From Macrostomum lignano (Eukaryota): a stretch of 64,000 nucleotides of DNA. The position numbers were made by a program, and so were the translations under genes. The notes below the pieces were generated by a model. The model ran no database searches. It had not been told where the DNA came from and saw nothing but the letters and a program-made list of their open reading frames with translations. The stretch spans positions 97,186 to 161,185 of the forward strand of contig NIVC01001223.1 of the NCBI GenBank assembly GCA_002269645.1, given 5' to 3'. Positions 61,001 through 64,000 of this stretch are shown here, piece by piece. Numbering within the stretch: position 1 is the first letter of the stretch; each line of letters opens with the position of its first letter.

Positions 61001-61955
61001 CGACCTCGAACGGCTGGTGGCCGCTCGCCAGCCGGTAACGGAGCTGTCGGTTGCCAGTTTAGTTGACGCGCATCGAGAGCGGCTGCCCAACTACCGCGGC
61101 CGGAGCTTCGCCACCATTTCAGCTGTCGGGTCGCACGCGGCTCTCGCTCACTACGTGCCGAGGCCAGAAACTGATAGGCGGCTGGAGCCCAGCACCAGCG
61201 GCCCGGACTCGATGCTGCTACTGGACTCCGGTGGCCAGTACCTCGGCTGCACCACCGACATCACGCGCACGTTGTATTACGGACTCGAGAATCCGGCGCC
61301 GGAGCTGCGAGATGTCTACACCCGCGTGCTGATGGGAGTCATCGATTTACTAAGCCTGACGTGGCCAGCTGACACTCCCAGCACATTCCTGGACCCCTTC
61401 GCCAGACAGCATCTCTGGCTAGCCGGTCTGAACTACGGCCACTCCACCGGTCATGGGATCGGCAACTTTCTGGGCGTGCACGAGGGCCCCAACAGTATCC
61501 CCAGCTTCCGAAGGCTGACCGAAGGCAACTTCCAGTCTGTTGAGCCCGGCTACTACAGGCCCGCTTCGCTTGGCGTCCGAGGCTTCGGCATCCGCTTGGA
61601 GACAATCACCGGAGTAAAGGCCTGGGCCGAAAAATCACCGGCGACAATTGATGATCCAAAAAAACTGTTTCTCTGTATGCATCCGGTGACGTGGGTGCCC
61701 TATGATCGGCGTCTGATCGAGCCCGCCTTAATGAACCGGCGCCAGCTGAGCTGGCTGAACTGGTACCACGCCGAGTGCAGGAAGCGGTTGGCAGAGCCGC
61801 TGTCTCAAATTGGACAGGCTGAACTGGCCGAGGAGTATCTGGCTCTGGCTACCCAGCCAATCAGTAAGACTGAGTCGGCTATGCTTGCCCAAGGAAGCGT
61901 ACATATCATTGCATCTGCTTCAGTTATAGTTGGAGTAGTGATGTACAAGTTTTGA
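58084..61955 (+). CDS. XPNPEP2: Xaa-Pro aminopeptidase (aminopeptidase P, M24B), secreted/GPI-anchored type; one apparent frameshift
   Basis: Exons 58084-58214 (signal peptide), 58548-58723 (WLSGFSGSSG), 60149-61955 (FTDSRY, WREKV, LDEVAYLLNLR, LDSGGQY, TTDITRT, HSTGHGIG, VHEGP, SVEPGYY, GIRLE) and a hydrophobic C-terminal tail. One C is missing in the CCC run at 60328-60330. Confidence 0.88.
58735..58930. repeat. Degenerate ~20-bp repeat (GGCTTGGACTCGGGATTAGR)
   Basis: About 10 imperfect copies at the start of aminopeptidase intron 2. Confidence 0.8.
59568..59851 (-). mobile_element. tRNA-head CORE-like SINE, copy with intact 3' end but deleted B box
   Basis: A box TGGCCTAGTGG, CORE-like block ending CAGCTGTAAAATGGG, ~120 bp 3' segment, then an (ATT)-rich tail. 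Near-identical core to 37906-38071. Confidence 0.8.
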
Positions 61956-63439
61956 CCTTGTAACTCAAATTAAGGGAGCAAATAAATTATAGGATCTTTT
62001 ACAATCTTGTACAAAACTTATCTAGTAACGACTTTGATCCAGTAATATTATGTCTAGTTATTGATATATTCAAAGGGAACTTAATGTACAGTATAATTAC
62101 CTTCGACTATTTAATAAAAAACAAACTCATTATTGTATACTACTCAAATGTGTCTCTGAACTTTAATTGCTAATGATGATGCGTAGGATTTTTGGTTATT
62201 TGTGTGTAAGATAGTATAAGAAAAGCAGAAAAAATATTTACGCCCTCAATTTTCATTGGATTGAAACTTAAAGCCATTTGCAACATTAATTTTGTCTATA
62301 GAACGTCATGCAGAAACGAAGATTTACACTGGCAACTGGCATCAACTATTTTTAGTGACATACTCATATCAAGTCTTAATTGCCTTACTCCGGACTAGAC
62401 GTTACCTCTTTGTTTAAGTGGACTGCCTTTTGCACCATAATATGGAATAAAATATACTAAAAATCAATTAAAGGCCTGAGATATAATTAGGTATAATTGG
62501 ATTTTTAATTGGTGCGTATTTTAAATACACATTTAGACTATATAGCACTGTTGAAGTCTCGTCATTTTAAATTGCTTCGTTTGCTCATATTTAAATTTAT
62601 TATCCGGAAAAAAACAACTAAAATGTATGTTTCGTTAAGTGTGTATGTCAGTGTATAGTGTTTAAATGTTAATGATTTTTACTTATGAAAGTTATTCTAA
62701 GTTAAATTGTTTATTTTAATAGTATTATTTTTGCTCATTGACAGGTGTTCTGTAAAGCTCACTCCTTCATTATTCTGAATCCCAAACTTTGACAGCGTGC
62801 AACTTAAATTTGCAAGTCATTAGTGATATTAAAATCAAAACAAAACTATAAGTAAGGATTAATATTTTGAATTTCCTTGAATACGCTGGCTAAGCTTGTA
62901 CAGAGCAGCAAGTAACGTTTGACACATGTGAATGATATAATTTTTTTATTTCCCTTTTGCTTTAGGTTTTATATCTAAGTTTTGCAAAAAATCATTTAAA
63001 AAATCGAAATGAAAAATGTATTAAAAATTTTTATTTTATATTTTCCAGTCAAACAGTTGTAACTTGGAATATATACAATTTAAAATGATTAGCAATTTTT
63101 TTTAAAATGAATAAATGAATAATTAAAATGAACCTGGTTTGATTTGTTTTGTGGCTATTTGTATCTATTTCTATATAGCTTAAAGAAAGACAGAGATGGC
63201 TTAAATATCCATATTTTATGTATTGCCTGCTAAACATTTTGCTACTCACAAGAAAGTGTACTTTGAGCATATACATAAATGTTTAAAAAATCTATAATTC
63301 AAGTCTAAGATAAAAAATGAATCTTTAGAATTTTGGCAAAACTTGTATGGCTTTTTGTTAAGCTAACTAAAATTAAAAATTCTATAGTAAATATAAAATA
63401 GTAAACTTATAATAAATTCGTTACTGCAGCCTGATTAGA

Positions 63440-63992
63440 ATGTCATCAGATGCTGAAATGCGGCCAATGGCAGCTGGCGAGAAGACGCCGCTTCTTCCAG
63501 CCGGGCCAAGCCACACCGCCGACTACAGCGTGCTGCGCATTGAGAATGCTTCCCGGCCGGGCGGCAGCAGCCCAGGGCTGCCAGCCTGCCACCGCCGCCG
63601 GTCAAGAGCTTCTCGGATCTGGAGGCAGTCATGGACCAGCTGCAGGCCAAGTCCGCTCGCTCTCAGCAGCAGCAGCAGCAGCAGCCGGGCATTACGAGGA
63701 GGGAGTCGACGGCGGCTCTGGAAGCGTCTGCGCTGACGAATCAGAGCACCGGCCGCCGCGGTCGCGCCTGTACTACGCCAAGGTTGGCGTCATCTTCGCC
63801 ATTGTGCTCGTCTCCTGCGTGAGTAGCGCAAATAGCTTATTCACAATATTCCGCCTCGCCATAACTTCACAAAGCAAGATAAGCATGCCACCAAAATATC
63901 ATCTCTCTTAAACCGCAGACCATCATTAGCGGCAACGCCAGAGAAGGAGAGCCTCTTTCACCTGTACACTGTGAGCAGCGAGAGGTCGCCTT
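63440..63992 (+). CDS. 5' part of a probable OCA2/P-protein-like membrane transporter (runs off the window; apparent frameshift)
   Basis: ATG 63440 after acceptor ctgcAG; acidic dileucine-like EKTPLL. A frame switch near GGG 63575-63577 leads to TM-like YYAKVGVIFAIVLVSC with donor at 63819; next exon about 63919-63992. Resemblance to OCA2 TM1 is from memory only. Confidence 0.5.
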
Positions 63993-64000
63993 GTAAGTAG

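Overview
Eukaryotic animal DNA: GC-rich spliced exons, AT-rich introns, and a different minisatellite in most long introns. The style resembles the flatworm Macrostomum, but that is an inference. Host genes in order: a ZNF384/rotund/lin-29-type C2H2 zinc-finger exon (+), a small secreted cystine-knot-like peptide (+), a ZDHHC9/14/18-type palmitoyltransferase (-), Rab6 (+), a two-exon gene of unknown function (+), a sigma-like GST (+), a probably GPI-anchored aminopeptidase P (+), and the start of a probable OCA2/P-protein-like transporter (+). Main finding: a complete 7,358-bp Mutator-like element (24051-31408; 53-bp TIRs, perfect 9-bp TSD) inserted between the head-to-head ZDHHC and Rab6 genes. 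Its four-exon gene reconstructs to one ~1,013-aa protein that fuses a MULE DDE transposase and SWIM finger to a C-terminal USP/C19 deubiquitinase domain with an intact Cys-His-Asp triad; this copy has three lesions. Other highlights: two U12-type minor-spliceosome introns (AT-AC in ZDHHC, GT-AG in Rab6), a toxin-like 8-Cys peptide, CORE-type SINEs, an internally deleted RTE-like LINE, a 35-bp TIR-only hAT-like relic and several MITEs. Long ORFs over tandem repeats are artefacts. All coordinates and alignments were done by eye; no database search was run.
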